This document shows positions 1-14,374 of a stretch of 64,000 bases of DNA, piece after piece. Made by a program: the position numbers and the translations under genes. The stretch is from the NCBI RefSeq assembly GCF_009914755.1, contig NC_060927.1. One strand, written 5' to 3'. The notes beneath the pieces were generated by a model that saw nothing but the letters and a program-made list of their open reading frames with translations, did no database searches and was not told the origin of the DNA. Numbering within the stretch: the first letter of the stretch is position 1; every line of letters starts with the position of its first letter. Origin of the DNA: the human T2T-CHM13v2.0 reference genome, Homo sapiens.

Positions 1-655
1 CGGTGGAACTTCCCATTTCAGAGGTTTGTAGCTTAGCCATTAATCTTCCCTGAACTAAAATCTACATATGAATTTCAAACCATTGAGGGGATGGGGCATA
101 GAATGGAAACTAACTCCATCCATAATAAGAGCAAAAAATGTGAAGTTAAAACTTAAAAAGTTAAAACTGCAGATCTCCAAGAAATCTAGCAGTTCACTGG
201 AAGAAAGATGGTGTAAAGATGAATTCTTCCAAAATTAGGTTAGAGGTTTAATGCAATGCAAATCAAAATCTGAACCAGACATCTTTTAACTTTTCAAAAA
301 GAGTCTAAAAATCAAAACCATCTGATAGAATAAATAGTCAAAAATAGTTTAGAAATGTTTAGAAAAAATAAAAGAGGTGTGAAGAGGATCCATTTATTAA
401 GATATTACTCATATTTTTTAAAGGTACAGTAATTAAATTTGTGAGCTACTAATATAAGATGTAACAGAATAGTCCAGAAGAACAGCCTAAAATATATTAA
501 ATTTAACTCACCATTAATCTCGTGATTCCCACTCACTTTCCACACTAGGTCAAAAAAAGACAGCTTTTTAATAAATAGTGTTTGGACAATAGTTAGCTTG
601 TTCTTTTGGGAGGGGAATAGGGATGTAAGAAAAGACAGGTTCTTAATTTTCACCC
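1..655 (+). mobile_element. Very old L1M remnant
   Basis: A-rich, degenerate ORF2 3' motifs (tttaatgcaatgcaaatcaaaatc, aacagaatagtccagaa). Confidence 0.45.
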
Positions 656-804
656 CAATGAAGGTATGAATGGACCCTCCTGGTTTGCAGGCCCAGCAAT
701 AGATAAGAGACAATATTTAAAAGGAGACAGAGAGATGTTGAACTTCTCTTGTGAGAGGTGGTAGCCCAAGCTCTGGAGTTTGAATCCCTGCTCATTCCCC
801 ACTT

Positions 805-1345
805 CTTCAACAATTATTGAGCTGTTCAAGGAGGTGCAATGCAGTATGGATAAGAGAAAAAAGCTCCCTGAGCTCGTGGAACTTACCTTCTGTTGGAGGA
901 GACAGTGGTAAACATGTAGACACATGAAGGGGAAGATGCACAATAGTGATAAGTGCTAAGAAGATGACGTAGGGCAGAGGGCAGAGTCCTGGATAGTCAT
1001 GAACTCTCTGACCAAGGGTCTTGAACTGAGACCCAAATGGCAAGCAGGAAAAAGATCTAAAGGAAGGGCTTTCCAGGCAGAGGAACACATGCAAGTCCCT
1101 AAGGTGGAGATGACCTTGACAAGTCCAAGGGACAGATAGAGCCAAGGTGGCTAGAGCAATGTGGCCAAGGGAAAAGCGGCGAGAGAGGTGAGGGCAGGGG
1201 CTAGAGCAAGCAGAGCCAGGTGGGCCATGCAGAAAGCTTCGGTTTATATTCTGGTGAGGTAGAAAGCACCTGGAAAGGTTGAAGTGGACAAGTGACAAGC
1301 AGGACCTTACATTATGAAGATCACCCTGGCTGCCATGTGCCACCT
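805..1345 (-). mobile_element. L2 3' fragment
   Basis: Antisense L2 motifs (ttccaggcagaggaacacatgcaagtccctaagg, gatcaccctggctgc). Confidence 0.65.
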
Positions 1346-4300
1346 TCTTTCCAAGCAAATGTGGAAAGTGATTTCAGGTCTCACTGGACTTCTTCAGAGC
1401 CAAGCACATGCCCTGATTACCACCAGTCATTAGAAATGTTTCCAATCAATATTAGGAACTATTGTCTGAGGAACAGTCAGTATAAAAAAGCAAAAAAAAA
1501 AAAAAGATCAATGGCTATGATTACCTCTTAGGCCAAGAAAGGAACTCCTCCTGCCTGCTTTACACCTGCCAGAGTAGGTTTGGTCAAAGGTGATGCCCCC
1601 ATTTCCCCGCTTAGTTTCCTTTGCCAGGCCCTGATATGGCCAACATCAGACAATACTAGGTACCATCAAAGAAGAACAAGAAAATGACCTCAGGGAAACA
1701 TGGAGATCATTGGAACTAAACTACAAATAATATACTTTTAAAATTTATTTTTTAGTCACCATGAAAAAAGGAAAATATTTCTTTTATAGATGGCCTTGGC
1801 CATCAAGACCTGGATGACTTAAGAACCCAAACCTTCCTAGAGGTCAGTTCTCCTCTAATCTCTGTTATGTGTAAATGTTTCAGTGCATTACATATGCTAA
1901 TTTATTAAGTTCATGTTCCAATTTCTTTCCACAGTTCTGTGCCACCCTCTTGCATCAAGTCACTCTTCAGGGACATGAGTCTGTTCATGGAGAATGTATT
2001 TTGACGGGTTTTAGCGGCATTGCTGGAGTGCCTTATGTTTCATGAGAACTGAAATATATTAGCATTGAATTTTTCTAGCAGATTTCTGTCAAATATTTAG
2101 AAGGACATATGGAGTTTCTTTCCTACCATTGAAAAGGAGAAAAATACATGAAATCAAGGCATTTGGACAAACTTTCTTGCTTGCTCTGGTAGTTTGATGG
2201 AAGCATTTCTTAAAGCCAAGACAGCATCTGTAATACGACACAGAGGAGTGATGAGCGGACTGGGAGTCTGGATTCCACTTGGAACAGGTTTTCTTATAGA
2301 GCACATCCTTTCTCGCTTGTGGTCATTGGCAGCTCAGTTCTAGGTGGGCTCTGGAAGCCTTAGAATGGGCACTTGTGCTGGACAGATCTCCAGCTCTGTG
2401 GTGTGGCTTGGTCTTTGGCTTTCCAAATCAATGCACTTATTCTAGTTGGTGTCAGTTGGTAGAGGCTGCAGAATGACCTGAGGACTCCCTGTCGTTAGAC
2501 TCCTCTCTTCCTGATCTGTTGTTCACTGGTCTGATTGTGCACTCAGATTCTGTTTCACCATCACTTCCCACAGTCCACTGGGTCCAGGGAATTATGCACA
2601 TGGAAGAAGTGCTGGTGTGACAAGTGCGGAGGAGCATGGGTTTGGGAAACCACCATCTGGTCTCAAGTCCTAGCTCCACATCTTCTTCACTGAGCCACAG
2701 TTTTCTTGTCTCTAAAGATGGGATTAAAATATCAACCATGTCAGGTTGCTGTCATGGTTGAATAAAATAATGAGAAGCCTAGAATCAACCTGGCACAGGA
2801 TGGACCCACATTAACTATGAGGTGCTTCCCTCCTTGCTTCTTCTCTTCCCTCCCCAAAGAGTCTCTCGCGAACAACATTCAGCACGGGGAGAAGCCATGG
2901 CCACACATTTATTTTATGCAACTTGAACTGCTAAAAGGTCTTTCACCTCTCCCTGTAATTTCTCTTTTCACCCCTTTGTGCTCAAACATGTCTTTAGATG
3001 ACCCCTGTTAACGTTTCCTGTTACCTGGATGTCCACTGTCCCTAATAGTTCCCCCTAAGGAACATTTGTAAGTCACAGGGCTGAAAGGAGGACTGGAGGG
3101 CCCCATACTGTCACCAACTTCTTGATTGTACTGCAGCCAATTATGAAGATCGTATGTAGCCCTTCAGCCCTCCCCTCAGGAAACTTGACACCAAAAATAA
3201 TGAATTTAAAAGAAAAACTGAACAAATGACTCAGGTGCTATTCCACTTGGGCATTTGATAGTCACCGACTTTCATGATGCATGAGAAAAGGAGCTCTGAA
3301 ATGTTATATTTTTCTTTATTTCAATAACCTAGTGAACCCTTCCTTCTCTCCTGGTATTTAAATCTTTAATGCATCAATTTCTTCCAGATCACCCAGCTGG
3401 AAAGCACAGCAGCACCTTGCCAGCTCCCTCTTCTTCACTGCAGCCACCATGTTCTCTCAGCTGTTTCCAGAATATTGCACCTTATATGCTTTTATCCCTA
3501 CTATGGCTGCCCCACCTCAGGTCCTTGCGACCTTTGATTGGAGCTGCAGTTACTCTTTCCTACACTTACTTTCTGCCTCCAGTTCTCCCCAGCCCTCAAT
3601 CTGTTCATGTGGCAGTCAGAATTACCTTTCTGAAGCACAGGTCTCTCCTGCCAGCATGTTAAAAGCCTGGGCTTTAAAACCAGGCAGACCCTAATACAAA
3701 TCCCGGCTTCTTCAAGGAAAACCTTGTCACCTCTCTTAAGCCTCAGTTCCTCATCTATCAGTTGGAGTGATCACAGTATCTGCGTCCTAGGGTGGTGAGG
3801 AGGGTGAAATGAGGCAAGGCAAATGATGCACTTATCCCAGAGCCTAGCACACAGTGAGCACTCAGTGAGTTACTGTTAACAGCAGCAGCAAGAACCTGCA
3901 GTGGCACCTCGTTGCCAGCAGTACAAACCCCAGACTCCTGAGGCTGGCATTCGGGGCACTGTAAGACCTCCCCTCTGCCTCCCTTTTCCTACCTGTCTCC
4001 CACAGCCTGCCCTGGGCTGCAGTGCCATTGACTCAGCAGCTTTCTTGTGCTTCCAAACCTTACCCCAAAGTAAAATGCTAGCAGCACCCGGTTGTTCTCT
4101 CTGTAGGTCCGCAGCCTGTTGCTCACAGTGCAGGACAGATCTTACCTTCTGCTACCTGCTGTTGTCTCCTGACTGCTTCCCCCTCTGCTCTCTGAGGGTA
4201 GGGACCATGGATTACTTGTTTCTGCATCCCCTGCAGGGCCCAATGCAGTGCCTTGGCATAGAGTGGATGCTTCCAGAAGGAATTAAATTAGTGATGGGAG

Positions 4301-4463
4301 GGAATCATTGATGATGTTTGAGGGCCTGGTTTTTTCAGGGTCCCCTCGAGGCTATGACATACCTTGTTTTCATTGCATATCAGTGTGTATGGTTTGGTCT
4401 GCTCCCAGTAAAGGGAAAACAACAGAATGAAAAACCGGGAAACAACAGAATAATGGAAATGTA

Positions 4464-4502
4464 CTCTCTCTCTCTCTCTCTCCCTCTATGTGTGTGTGTG
4501 TG
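4464..4502. repeat. Compound (CT)n(TG)n microsatellite
   Basis: Seen directly. Confidence 0.9.
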
Positions 4503-5302
4503 CCAGTGTAGGTTGCTTACTCTGATTTCTTGGACTATCCTGTATTCTGATATTATTACTCCCTTTTTGGTGGTATGATCCCATCTTTATGAAATTGTAG
4601 TGGCAGGCAATAATAGATTATAGAGGCTTTTTTCTTTTTAAAATATTATTATTTGGCAAAAGAAAAAACAAGAAACAAAGAGCAGCAAAGTTTAACCTTT
4701 TGGAATAATGGTAAAAGGCACTCTTTGAAATACGAAATAGTTAAAGAAAAATGTTTCAAGACTGCAGTACATAATGAGAGGCAGCTAAACCACCAGGCAC
4801 TCACCAGCATTGTGCCCATCTCCAGCCAGGAAGTGTGCCTGCAGAGCAGGTGGGAGGTGCTTGAGGAGAGGCGCACAACTCTGGACCCAGACACTGGGTG
4901 GACACCTGACACATGCCTTCTAATTTAATCTTCTTGAAAGCTTCTTGAGCTAGATGATGTTATATCCATTTTACAATGGAGGTGCAGAGGGGTTAAGTAT
5001 TTGCCCAAAGTCACACAGACAATGTAAGCTGAATTTCCCTGGCCTTATGGGCCTGTATGTGCAAATAAGGAGGTTTCATTAGGATCAGTCCACAGTAGGA
5101 GACCACAGCACCCCCAATTGTCTCCCTCTGTTATTTTGGGGAGTCTTGGAGGAGGGATCTGCCATGTATTCATGAACAGCCCTCTTGGAGGTGCCCACTC
5201 AGGGCCCCCATGGATATCTAGAGCTGACAGAGCCCTGAGGGACAGGCCTCACCAGGCCGCAGCTGTCCCCTTTTCACAGAGGGGCTCCAGATCAGCAAGA
5301 CA

Positions 5303-5561
5303 AGGGCCACTGTGTGGCTTTGCTGGGACCAGGCACTTGTGCATTTATGGGCCCTTTCCTCCATAAAACATATTTAAAAATAATATTTTACAACTGTATT
5401 GGCATAAATATACTAAGATTATATATTAAAACATGTTCCTGGTGCAAAGATTCATTTTTTTCTTATAATTTTAAAAGAAATTAAAATATTTTCATGGGCC
5501 CCTAAAGGAATGATGGGCCCTAGGCCAGGTGCCTGCTATCCCTAAAGGGTAAGGAGGCCCT
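5303..5561. mobile_element. hAT-Tip100 MITE (MER96B-like)
   Basis: AGGGCC...GGCCCT termini with repeated GGGCCC motifs around an AT-rich core. Confidence 0.55.
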
Positions 5562-7895
5562 TCACAAGACCCTAAAGTGGCAGTCCCCTCGCCACTGCCC
5601 CTGTTTCTTGGCTGACCATGAACCTGGATTATACTGTACGCTTCCCTATCTCTCTAAAGTGTGAGTACCAGTGTCCCTTCAGCTTCTGCCTGTTTTGCCT
5701 TTTTGCTCTTGTTCTTGTTATAGGTGTTGGAACAGCCCCTGAGGTGGAGACAGGAAAATCTCTCTTCTGCTCCAGGCACATGTACACATCCTTTTATCCT
5801 CAAAGCCTTTCTGCCCACCTTATATTATATCAAGACTTATATCACACACAGGTCAGCTCATCACACACAGCCAGAAGCTGACTCTCTGAACCCAGCTAAG
5901 ACAGACACACAGACACACATGCTCCAGGGTCAAGCTGGGGCTGGAATCCCCGCTCTTTAATTCCAAAGTGGTCTCTCTCCACGAAGCCAGACATCCGATT
6001 ATTAGAGCACACTCTTGCTGCTCACACATTCACAAGAGTAAGATATTCTGGTAAAGAGCATTCCTGATTATTCCAGCTTGAAATGAATTTGCAATTTTCT
6101 GTGCAACACAAAGCTTAGAAATGAATGATGACACTGGGAAAATCTCAGGAGAATTTACAAAGATTGCTAACGAGCAGATATAGCTACTGTTTAGAATGAA
6201 AATATTTTCTCCTTTAGAATTCTACAGGCTCAGCTCTCCCCTGGCAACACCTTGCATTCTCCATGTCTTTGAAAAACAGTTGATAGGGAAGAGTACATAG
6301 AGTAGAAATTTGTTTATAGCAACACATTTTTATACGGAGAGAAAGCATATAAACACAAGACAGAGAGATTGCTAAGGTAAAGTGTATTTGGGTCCTGAGA
6401 CAAAAAAATACAAGTCTTACTCTGCCTACAGTCCCTAGAGGAAAAAAACGATAGAGTTGAGATGAATTGCGCAGGGCACGAGTTGGTCATCTTCACTGGG
6501 ACCACTGAAATGGCCACTGAGGCAGGGCTGCAACCTTGGCACGGTAAATGACTGTCGTAAAGGCCTGCTTCAGCACTGTGTCATTTGTGAGTTGGGCTGG
6601 GAGCCTGTCTTCACGGAGGTTGACAGTAGTTTCGCTACCTCATTAATGAGCAATTGAGGAAACTCCATCTCAGGCTGAGAGGAGTCAGATCTTACCTTCC
6701 TGTTCCTCTGTCCTTGTGGCTCTGTGGTGGGCTTGCAACACCAGTGTGCTTCTCCTCATCTTCTGTGCCCCAAGTGGTGGACTGTTTCAGCTCTGGTGGT
6801 TGTGAAGCTGACCTTGTAGATTTGGTGTTCTGCATGGGGCTGTGACACAGACTGAACCCTAGAAGTGGACACCTGGGCTCTCAGAGGTGAGCATCAGTCA
6901 GCAGGACACCAAGAGCATGGCTGCCTCAGAGCACAGATACACATCCTGTGGTGGGTTAACAGCTCAAAGTTCAACACATGCTACCTGCACTAAGGCATAT
7001 TGGCATACACTTGGCATTTTAAAAAAAGAGAATTTTGCATGTATCTGGCACCTAATAAATGTGTTATTTAATTTGTATTTCTTTGCTCACTAGAAGGTTG
7101 TGTTACATGGGTTTACCAGCCATTTTCATTCCATCATCTGGGTCCCTTAGCTGCAAGTGTCTTGAGACTCACCTTCCTGTTCTGCAAAGCCTCCTATTGT
7201 GTCAGCTGACTCTCTCCATGCTTTCACTTCTCCCTCATTTGCTACCATAAAACCCATATTTGATTTCCCTTATGATTAATAGCTGGAGAAAGTCAGCTAC
7301 CACAATGGCATGCTCTGTCTGGGCTCTCAACTCGTGCTTTGTGCCATTCAGCTCATCCCTCTGGGGCTGTAAGCAATAGAAATAGGTAGGATCCTTTAGC
7401 TTTTCATTTCTCCCACATACAGGGCTCCCTGTCAGCCACCTCTGAATCTCCACCAGTTTTTCATCTGATCAAACCCCCATCCAGTGCTAAATATAAGTTT
7501 TTTAACATAGTTGTAGGAGGTGCTTTTCACTTTTCTCTAGACTGGACAGGGAACAGGACATTTACATTACAAGTCAGTGTTAGCCCTGTAGGAAAGCTGA
7601 TCTTTCACTGACCAGTGAGCACAGTAAGGAACAGGGAGGTTAAGTGCCCTGCCCCTGTCATATAGCTATTGAAATCCAAGTTATCTCAACTTCCAGTAGG
7701 TGCATGGTCCACACCCACCCTCAGGTGCAAGCAAACAGCCCATTCCTAAGGAACAGACAAGAAACACTTGATTCCCTACAGGTGGGAAATTGCTGTGGAT
7801 TCCAGTTTGCCTTTCCCAGTGGAAAGCAAAATGGGGACATCAACCAATGAAGAGATCTTGTCCAGTTTTCATATAATTTTTGTTCAGTCACTTCT

Positions 7896-8381
<486 letters not shown>

Positions 8382-9902
8382 TGACAAGTGGACGGGGTAG
8401 GGCCAAAGGCATGCGTGAGGGCAGGAACTACATCCCTCTTGTTCACTGCTTTATCCCAGCACCTGGAACAGAGCTGGCACACCATAGGTTCCCAATAAAA
8501 ATGTAGAATGAACCGTGGGGAATGTAGAGAACTGGGAAGTGCATATCTCACAGGAGGTATTCCAGGCCAAAAACCATGGGTAATATTTGCCTTTGAGCTT
8601 GCAACTCTCATGACTGAATAAACAAGGCTGTTTATAGATGGAATAAAACAATGATGGTCAAACAGTATTGATGGCCAACTTACCCTTTTGATTGTATGTT
8701 CAGTTGGAGTCAGAATACAGATCACTCTTTCTGTTTAAGCATCTCTTAAGTCCTTTCCATTAATACCTTGGACCTTTAATGCACTGTGCTGTTTGGAAAT
8801 TTGTGTAAATTTTTACTTTCCCTTCCCTCATGCTATGGTCTAACTTTTTTTTCTGAATCCCTTGGTCATATATCTTTCTTTTCAAAAGATCTGCAAAGGC
8901 ACTGTGTCTACCAAATAAGGGGCAATTTTTCTAAACACGTTTTATTCCTAATAAAAGGGTAACAAATCTGCTCTCATGCATACAATGTTGCCCTTTCTAA
9001 AACAGACCTAAGAAGTGGTAGCTGGTTCTTGCCAAAATTATTTTGAGCCCAATTTGTCTCCAAAATCTGCCACATCAAGCTACAGGGTCCTGAAAAGTGG
9101 GGGACATCCTCTGCACATTTTTCCTAAGGTGAAGAGTTGGCTCTGGCTGTTCTCTTGGACATTGCCCTTATTCTAGTGGGTCTGCATCACCTTCCCTCTA
9201 TCTCGTTCCCCTGGGACCCCAGATTCTACCTTTTTGGTATGTAGCAAAGCCCCCTGAACCAACAGAAACATGGCTATTGGGTCAGTCAAGCAGCTATTGT
9301 GGAACAGACAGGCTAAGGCTAAGGAGGAGCCCTCTGGCACATGTGTCCTCACCCCAGAACGGCTTGACAGGTGTGAGACCATGTGCCTCAGTGTAGAAGC
9401 CCAGAGTCAGCTTCTGGACTGCAGACTCAGCCACTAATTTGTCATTTAGCCCCTTTGCTTCTCTAGTGAAGTGGGAGGGCCATCGGAAACCTTCTCTAGT
9501 GAGACAAAACCTAAAATAGAATTCACTCGGAGGAACACATTTTGCAAAATCAAGTCATAGCTATCATTAATATTTTGGTCAAGATTATATGGGTCAGATA
9601 GGTACCTTGGGAAGGCATATCTTACCAAACATTTTACTGGTCACACGAAATATGCCTGTGAGCAGTATTCAACTTCTAATTTACAAATGATGTGATGAGA
9701 TAAACAAAATTGTTTGCAGATGGAAACCATGACTGCCAAGCAACAGTGATCTCCAGCTTATTGCATGATGCTATATGTTCAGATGAACTCAAAAATGCAG
9801 ATAATTCTTTGGGGTTGTTGTGCCTCTGCTTCATTAATGACATTGGCCCAAATCCGGGTTGATTGTAATTTTGAGCCATGAACATAAAAGCTGGAAGTGA
9901 CC

Positions 9903-10390
9903 TGTGTCAGTCAGGAACACGTTCAGCCACAGATAACAGAAAACCTGGCCAACAGTGGCTTCAACAGATAGGGGATCTTTTTTTCACATAACATGATATT
10001 CAGAGGCAGGTGATGACTCCCAGTGGTTCACCCAATCCAGTACTCTCTGAGTCCAAGCTCCTTCAGTCTTTCTGCCCCATCTCACTTGGAGGTTTGGCAT
10101 TCATCTTCAATTCTGTTGGCTCATAAGCTGCAAGTCTATGTTTAAGGCAGAAACAAGCGGGGGTGGAAGAAAGGGGCATTAGATGCACCAGTTCCCCTGA
10201 TTAGGAAAACAAAAGCTTATCTAGAAACTCCTCAGGCTTTCCCTGTGGACTCACTAGTCAAGATTGTGTCATATGACTACACCTAGCTGCAAGGGAAGTG
10301 GGAAAATTTATTATTTTCCTGTTCACCCCCATGGTAGAAGCAAGCAAGAGAGAATGGGCTTGCAAATAGGTGTGTGAGTTAATACACTGT
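9903..10390. mobile_element. MLT1-family LTR
   Basis: tgtgtcagtcagg...acacctagctgcaagggaagtggga. Confidence 0.6.
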
Positions 10391-10934
10391 CTATCAAGAA
10401 ACCACAGAGAAATTCTTTCTAGTACTCTCATTGTACAGATGACAAAAATGAGTTCCAGAAATGAGAAATAACTTGACCAAGGTCCCATAACTGGGTGAAT
10501 TTAGAGCCTGAACTGGAGCCCAGGTCTCTTAAATGCCAGTCCAGAAAGCTACCCACTGGACCACACTTCAGTCTGAGACTGAAGTTTTGCTGATGAAGTA
10601 GAATATTATTCAGCAAATAAGGTCAGAGATATTAAACTACCAGCAGTGAGCAGAGGACATACAGTTTCCACTCTAGCACTCCTTCCTCCTTCCCTCACCA
10701 AGAATCTGAAATAATTACAAGTCACGGAAACTAGGCAAAGTCAAATCAGGCCTCCCCTCAGTTCTCTTCTGCTGTGTCTAGTTTAATTTTCTCATTCTTC
10801 AGCACATTGGTGTTTGTGTGTGGAATTACAGAATCAACCTCATGATGATGAGTGTCATGATAACATAGAATTTCTGTGTCATTGTTAATGTGCTGTTCTT
10901 GTCTTCTGTCCCCTTCTGTTATCGGACCAAACAG

Positions 10935-11129
10935 AAGTTTTCTGCTGTTTCTCTCTGCAACATCTCCACAGAAGTCCTGAAAGTCATCAATGCCACAGAG
11001 GAGTTGATAGCAGGATCTACAGGGCCCTGGGAGTCCCCACAAGTCCCTCCTGACAGACAGAAGGGGATGTTTCCTCGTGGGACAGACCAAGTGAGACTGG
11101 ATGAGCAGCTGACTTCCCTGGAAGAAAAT
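10935..11129 (+). CDS. MYRIP: MYRIP internal coding exon (KFSAVSLCNISTEVLK...LTSLEEN), 195 nt, phase 0/0
   Basis: acag|AAG acceptor and AAT|gtaaga donor. The translation matches the recalled MYRIP/Slac2-c C-terminal region and joins the next exon in frame. Confidence 0.93.
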
Positions 11130-11269
11130 GTAAGAGGGTATGGAGGTGCCCTGTCTAGGGTGAATGTATGTGAAGAAGAAGCTGATGAAATTGTAGCTTA
11201 TCGTGAAGAGTGCAAGGACACACACATACACACACACACCACTACCACTATAGCAAATACATTCTCAGG

Positions 11270-11705
11270 AAGGACCTTAGGTTGGATTCCCCAGAAGCAG
11301 ACCCTAGATGAGGATTTGTGTGCATGTGACTTATTAGGGAATGCTCCCAAGGGAGGCTGGTAAGGGAATGGGGAAAGTAAGGGAAAGGGAAGAATCCAAG
11401 CAAGGACATGATCTTACACAAAGAGGAGCTTCAGCCTGATCCTGCAGGGAGCTCTGGAGTAGAAGTTGCATCTCAGAGTTGTCCTGACCTAAGGCAAAAG
11501 AACTGGCCCGTCCTACAACCAGCAGGCACTTCAGTCTCTTTGCACACAGGCAGTGTCTCCAGCAGCCCAAAGGCAGTCCCCTGTGTAGATATGGGCTGCT
11601 GGGAATAGAAGCACACTGAGGCTTAGTGGGCAGGGAGAGGAGTATAGAGAAACTATAAAGGAGATCCAAGGGGATCCAGGTGGGAGTATTGCCAGTGCCA
11701 CTACA
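11270..11705. mobile_element. MLT1 (H-like) LTR
   Basis: ttccccagaagcagaccctagatgaggatttg motif. Confidence 0.65.
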
Positions 11706-11788
11706 GGGAATGAAGTGGTTGCCAGAAGAACTGAAGTTACTACAACTGGTCTTCTCTGCTTCTCTAATTTAAGATACCAACAAAATCT

Positions 11789-12086
11789 GGCCAGGCACTG
11801 TGGCTCACATCTATAATCCCAGCACTTTGGGAGGCTGAGGCAGGCAGATCACTTGAGGTCGGGAGTTTGAGACCAGCCTGGCCAACATGGTGAAACCCTA
11901 TCTCTACAAAAATACAAAAATTAGCTGGGTGTCATGGCAGGCGCCTGTAATCCCAGCTACTTGGGAGGCTGACCCAGGAAATCGCTTGAACACAGGAGGC
12001 GAAGGCTGTAGTGAGCCAAGGTGGTGCCATTGCACTCCAGCCTGGGCAACAGAGCAAGACCCTGTCTCAAAAAAAAAAAAAAAAAA
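11789..12086 (+). mobile_element. AluS
   Basis: Full dimer and A-tail; TSD AAGATACCAACA(A/C)AATC at 11771-11787 and 12087-12103. Confidence 0.95.
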
Positions 12087-13112
12087 AAGATACCAACACA
12101 ATCATATTTAATTTATGTTTTTGATGAATCACCCAAGCCTCCTTGTGCCATTAGCAACAAGAAGCCCACTATCTGTCTTCTGAGCCTATCACACGCCACT
12201 CCAAAATTGTCCAAGCACTCTGGGAACTGAGTAAGACTCTACTGCATTACCTTATGACCACATTTAGACCTCAGACTGCCATGGTTCCCGCTCCCCAATT
12301 CCTATGCTCCCCAATAAGGATGCTAACCAGCCATTGCTAGTGGATCTGCCAATCAAGAGGAAAATGCCTAACATCAACTACATTTAAAATTACATTTCTT
12401 CTTTGGAAATAAAACATTTAGCATAATGCTTGAAAAAAAGTACACAATAAATGTTGGCTGTTCTTATTAGTATTTGAAAGGCATGTCATCAGCTAACTCC
12501 TAAAATGATCCCATTAAAATTCACTAAAGAATGGGTTGTTAAAAGTGGTTCCAACTTTAAAAACACTCTTAGCTCTTTCTCTCATCCTGGAACAAGTATG
12601 CATTTGCTGCTTTCAAGAGAAAGACACTTGAGAAAGAAAGGAAATAAAACAAGTCCTATTGGTGATTTTGCTTTACTGAAAAATCATCCATTTTTACTGA
12701 ACTGTAAGCAGAGTGGCCCAGAAGACTCATCTGCCTCATTTCATCCCGTTTTTACTTGCTGCTTTTTCTGAGGACCCTGACTTAGGTAGCTGGGCTTTCC
12801 CAGGTGCCAGGTCCTTTTCTGCCTGAAGGAAGCCATGCCTCAGAGTCAGGGTCACAGGGAAAGGAGGTGAGATCTACCAGATGTCTGGAAAGGAGGAAGG
12901 GGATGAATGGGGAAGGTACTCACAATCCATTTCAACATTTAGAAGGGTTAAACACTATCAGCCAAGTCAGCTGTTTCCCTGTGGAAACCTGTACATCTCT
13001 GAAGGCAAAATCAATGTACTGGAGGGAGGAGAAGACAGTGCTTACATTTACCTTTCTCCAGATTCAATACCATTTAGTTTGTACTCCTAAAAGCTATTCG
13101 CAAATATAAATA

Positions 13113-13412
13113 TAGTCATGTGCTACATAATAAGGTTTTGGTCAATGGCGAATCACATATACAACAGTGGTGGTCTCATAAGATTATAATGCTGTATTTT
13201 TACTGTACCGTTTCTATGTTTAGATACACAAATAATTACCATGGTGTTACAATTGCCTACAGTATTCAGTACAGTAACATGCTGTAGCCTAGGAGCAATA
13301 GGCTAGGTGTGTAGTAGGTTATACCATCTAGGTTTGCATAAGTACACTCTATGATGTTCACACAATTTTGCATTTCTAATAATACATCCTCATTATTTAG
13401 CAAAGCATGACT
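13113..13412. mobile_element. Tigger3/MER7-like DNA transposon
   Basis: Terminal inverted repeats TAGTCATG...CATGACTA; cataagattataat motif. Confidence 0.75.
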
Positions 13413-13923
13413 ATGTTTAGGTTAAAGGACTTTGTAATTTCCCCCTTCCATTCAAAGAGAAGAAAAAATTCTTGGCTGTCAAGTAAGAGGCACCTGGCCT
13501 GGAGGAGGGGTGGGTGTTGACTGATGACTTTGGAGTTCAGGAAAGCTCTTACTGTCCCTTGAGGAGTTGTGTGTTTGGTTTGGCCTAACAGGTATATTTG
13601 CTAGTAATGGATTTTTCAGTCCTCCTGATTTGTGATGAAAAAAACAGTGTAATAAATTCTTACAGGTAAATATTCATGATCACTGAGTATTTCAGGAAAT
13701 AGCTGATGATAAGAATTTCCCAATACTCCAGACCAAGGGTGACACTGAGAAATTTGGACATTAACACTCAAGCTGTAGTCACCATCATCAGTTGGCATGG
13801 CCCTAGCCATGAAGTTGATATCAAATCAAGTTAGGTGATGCCAGCTCCTGCAGAGTCAACTGTGCTTTTGAGGTGCTCTAATGAATGCTGTTCCCAGAAA
13901 TCAGGAATTGTTATTGGAGAGTG

Positions 13924-14055
13924 TTTTTTTTTTTAAGTAGAAATGGGGTCTTGCTATGTTGCCCAGACTGGTATCAAACTCCTGGCCTCAAGGGTTCTTC
14001 CTGCCTTGGCCTCCCACAGGGCTGGGATTACAGACATGAGCCATTATGCCCAGCC
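13924..14055 (-). mobile_element. Alu left monomer (FLAM-like)
   Basis: Single antisense monomer with T-tract. Confidence 0.85.
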
Positions 14056-14111
14056 TGAAGTATTTTTTGATAAAAGTTAAAACAACAAGAAATAAAAATT
14101 TTTTGAATGCA

Positions 14112-14240
14112 GGCTGGGTGTGGTGGCTCACACCTGTAATCCCAGCACTTTGGGAGGCCAAGATGGGAGGATTGCTTGAGGCCAGGAGTTTGAGGTCAGC
14201 CTGGTCAATATGGTGAGATCCCATCTCTATGAATAAAATT
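14112..14240 (+). mobile_element. Alu left monomer (FLAM-like)
   Basis: GGCTGGGTGTGGTGGCTCAC...CCCATCTCTA plus A-rich tail. Confidence 0.85.
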
Positions 14241-14374
14241 ATATATATATGCATGCTTGTTTCACTTTAAAAGTTGAAGACTCTCTTCCTTTGGGCTCCC
14301 ATAAAACCTATGCATGTATCTGTCTGTTCACTTTTCACACTTTCCATCTTTTCTGTTCACTCATCCATCTCCCA

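Noticed and set aside
807-1358. 183-aa minus-strand ORF
   Set aside because: Lies in an L2 remnant, has a non-ATG start and shows no recognisable domain.
10758-11237. 159-aa antisense ORF (similar ones at 21427-21839)
   Set aside because: Antisense shadows of MYRIP exons with no independent coding evidence.
10890-11363. 157-aa ORF extending beyond the exon
   Set aside because: The extension runs through a CA repeat and an MLT1 LTR; a good GT donor at 11130 explains the true boundary.
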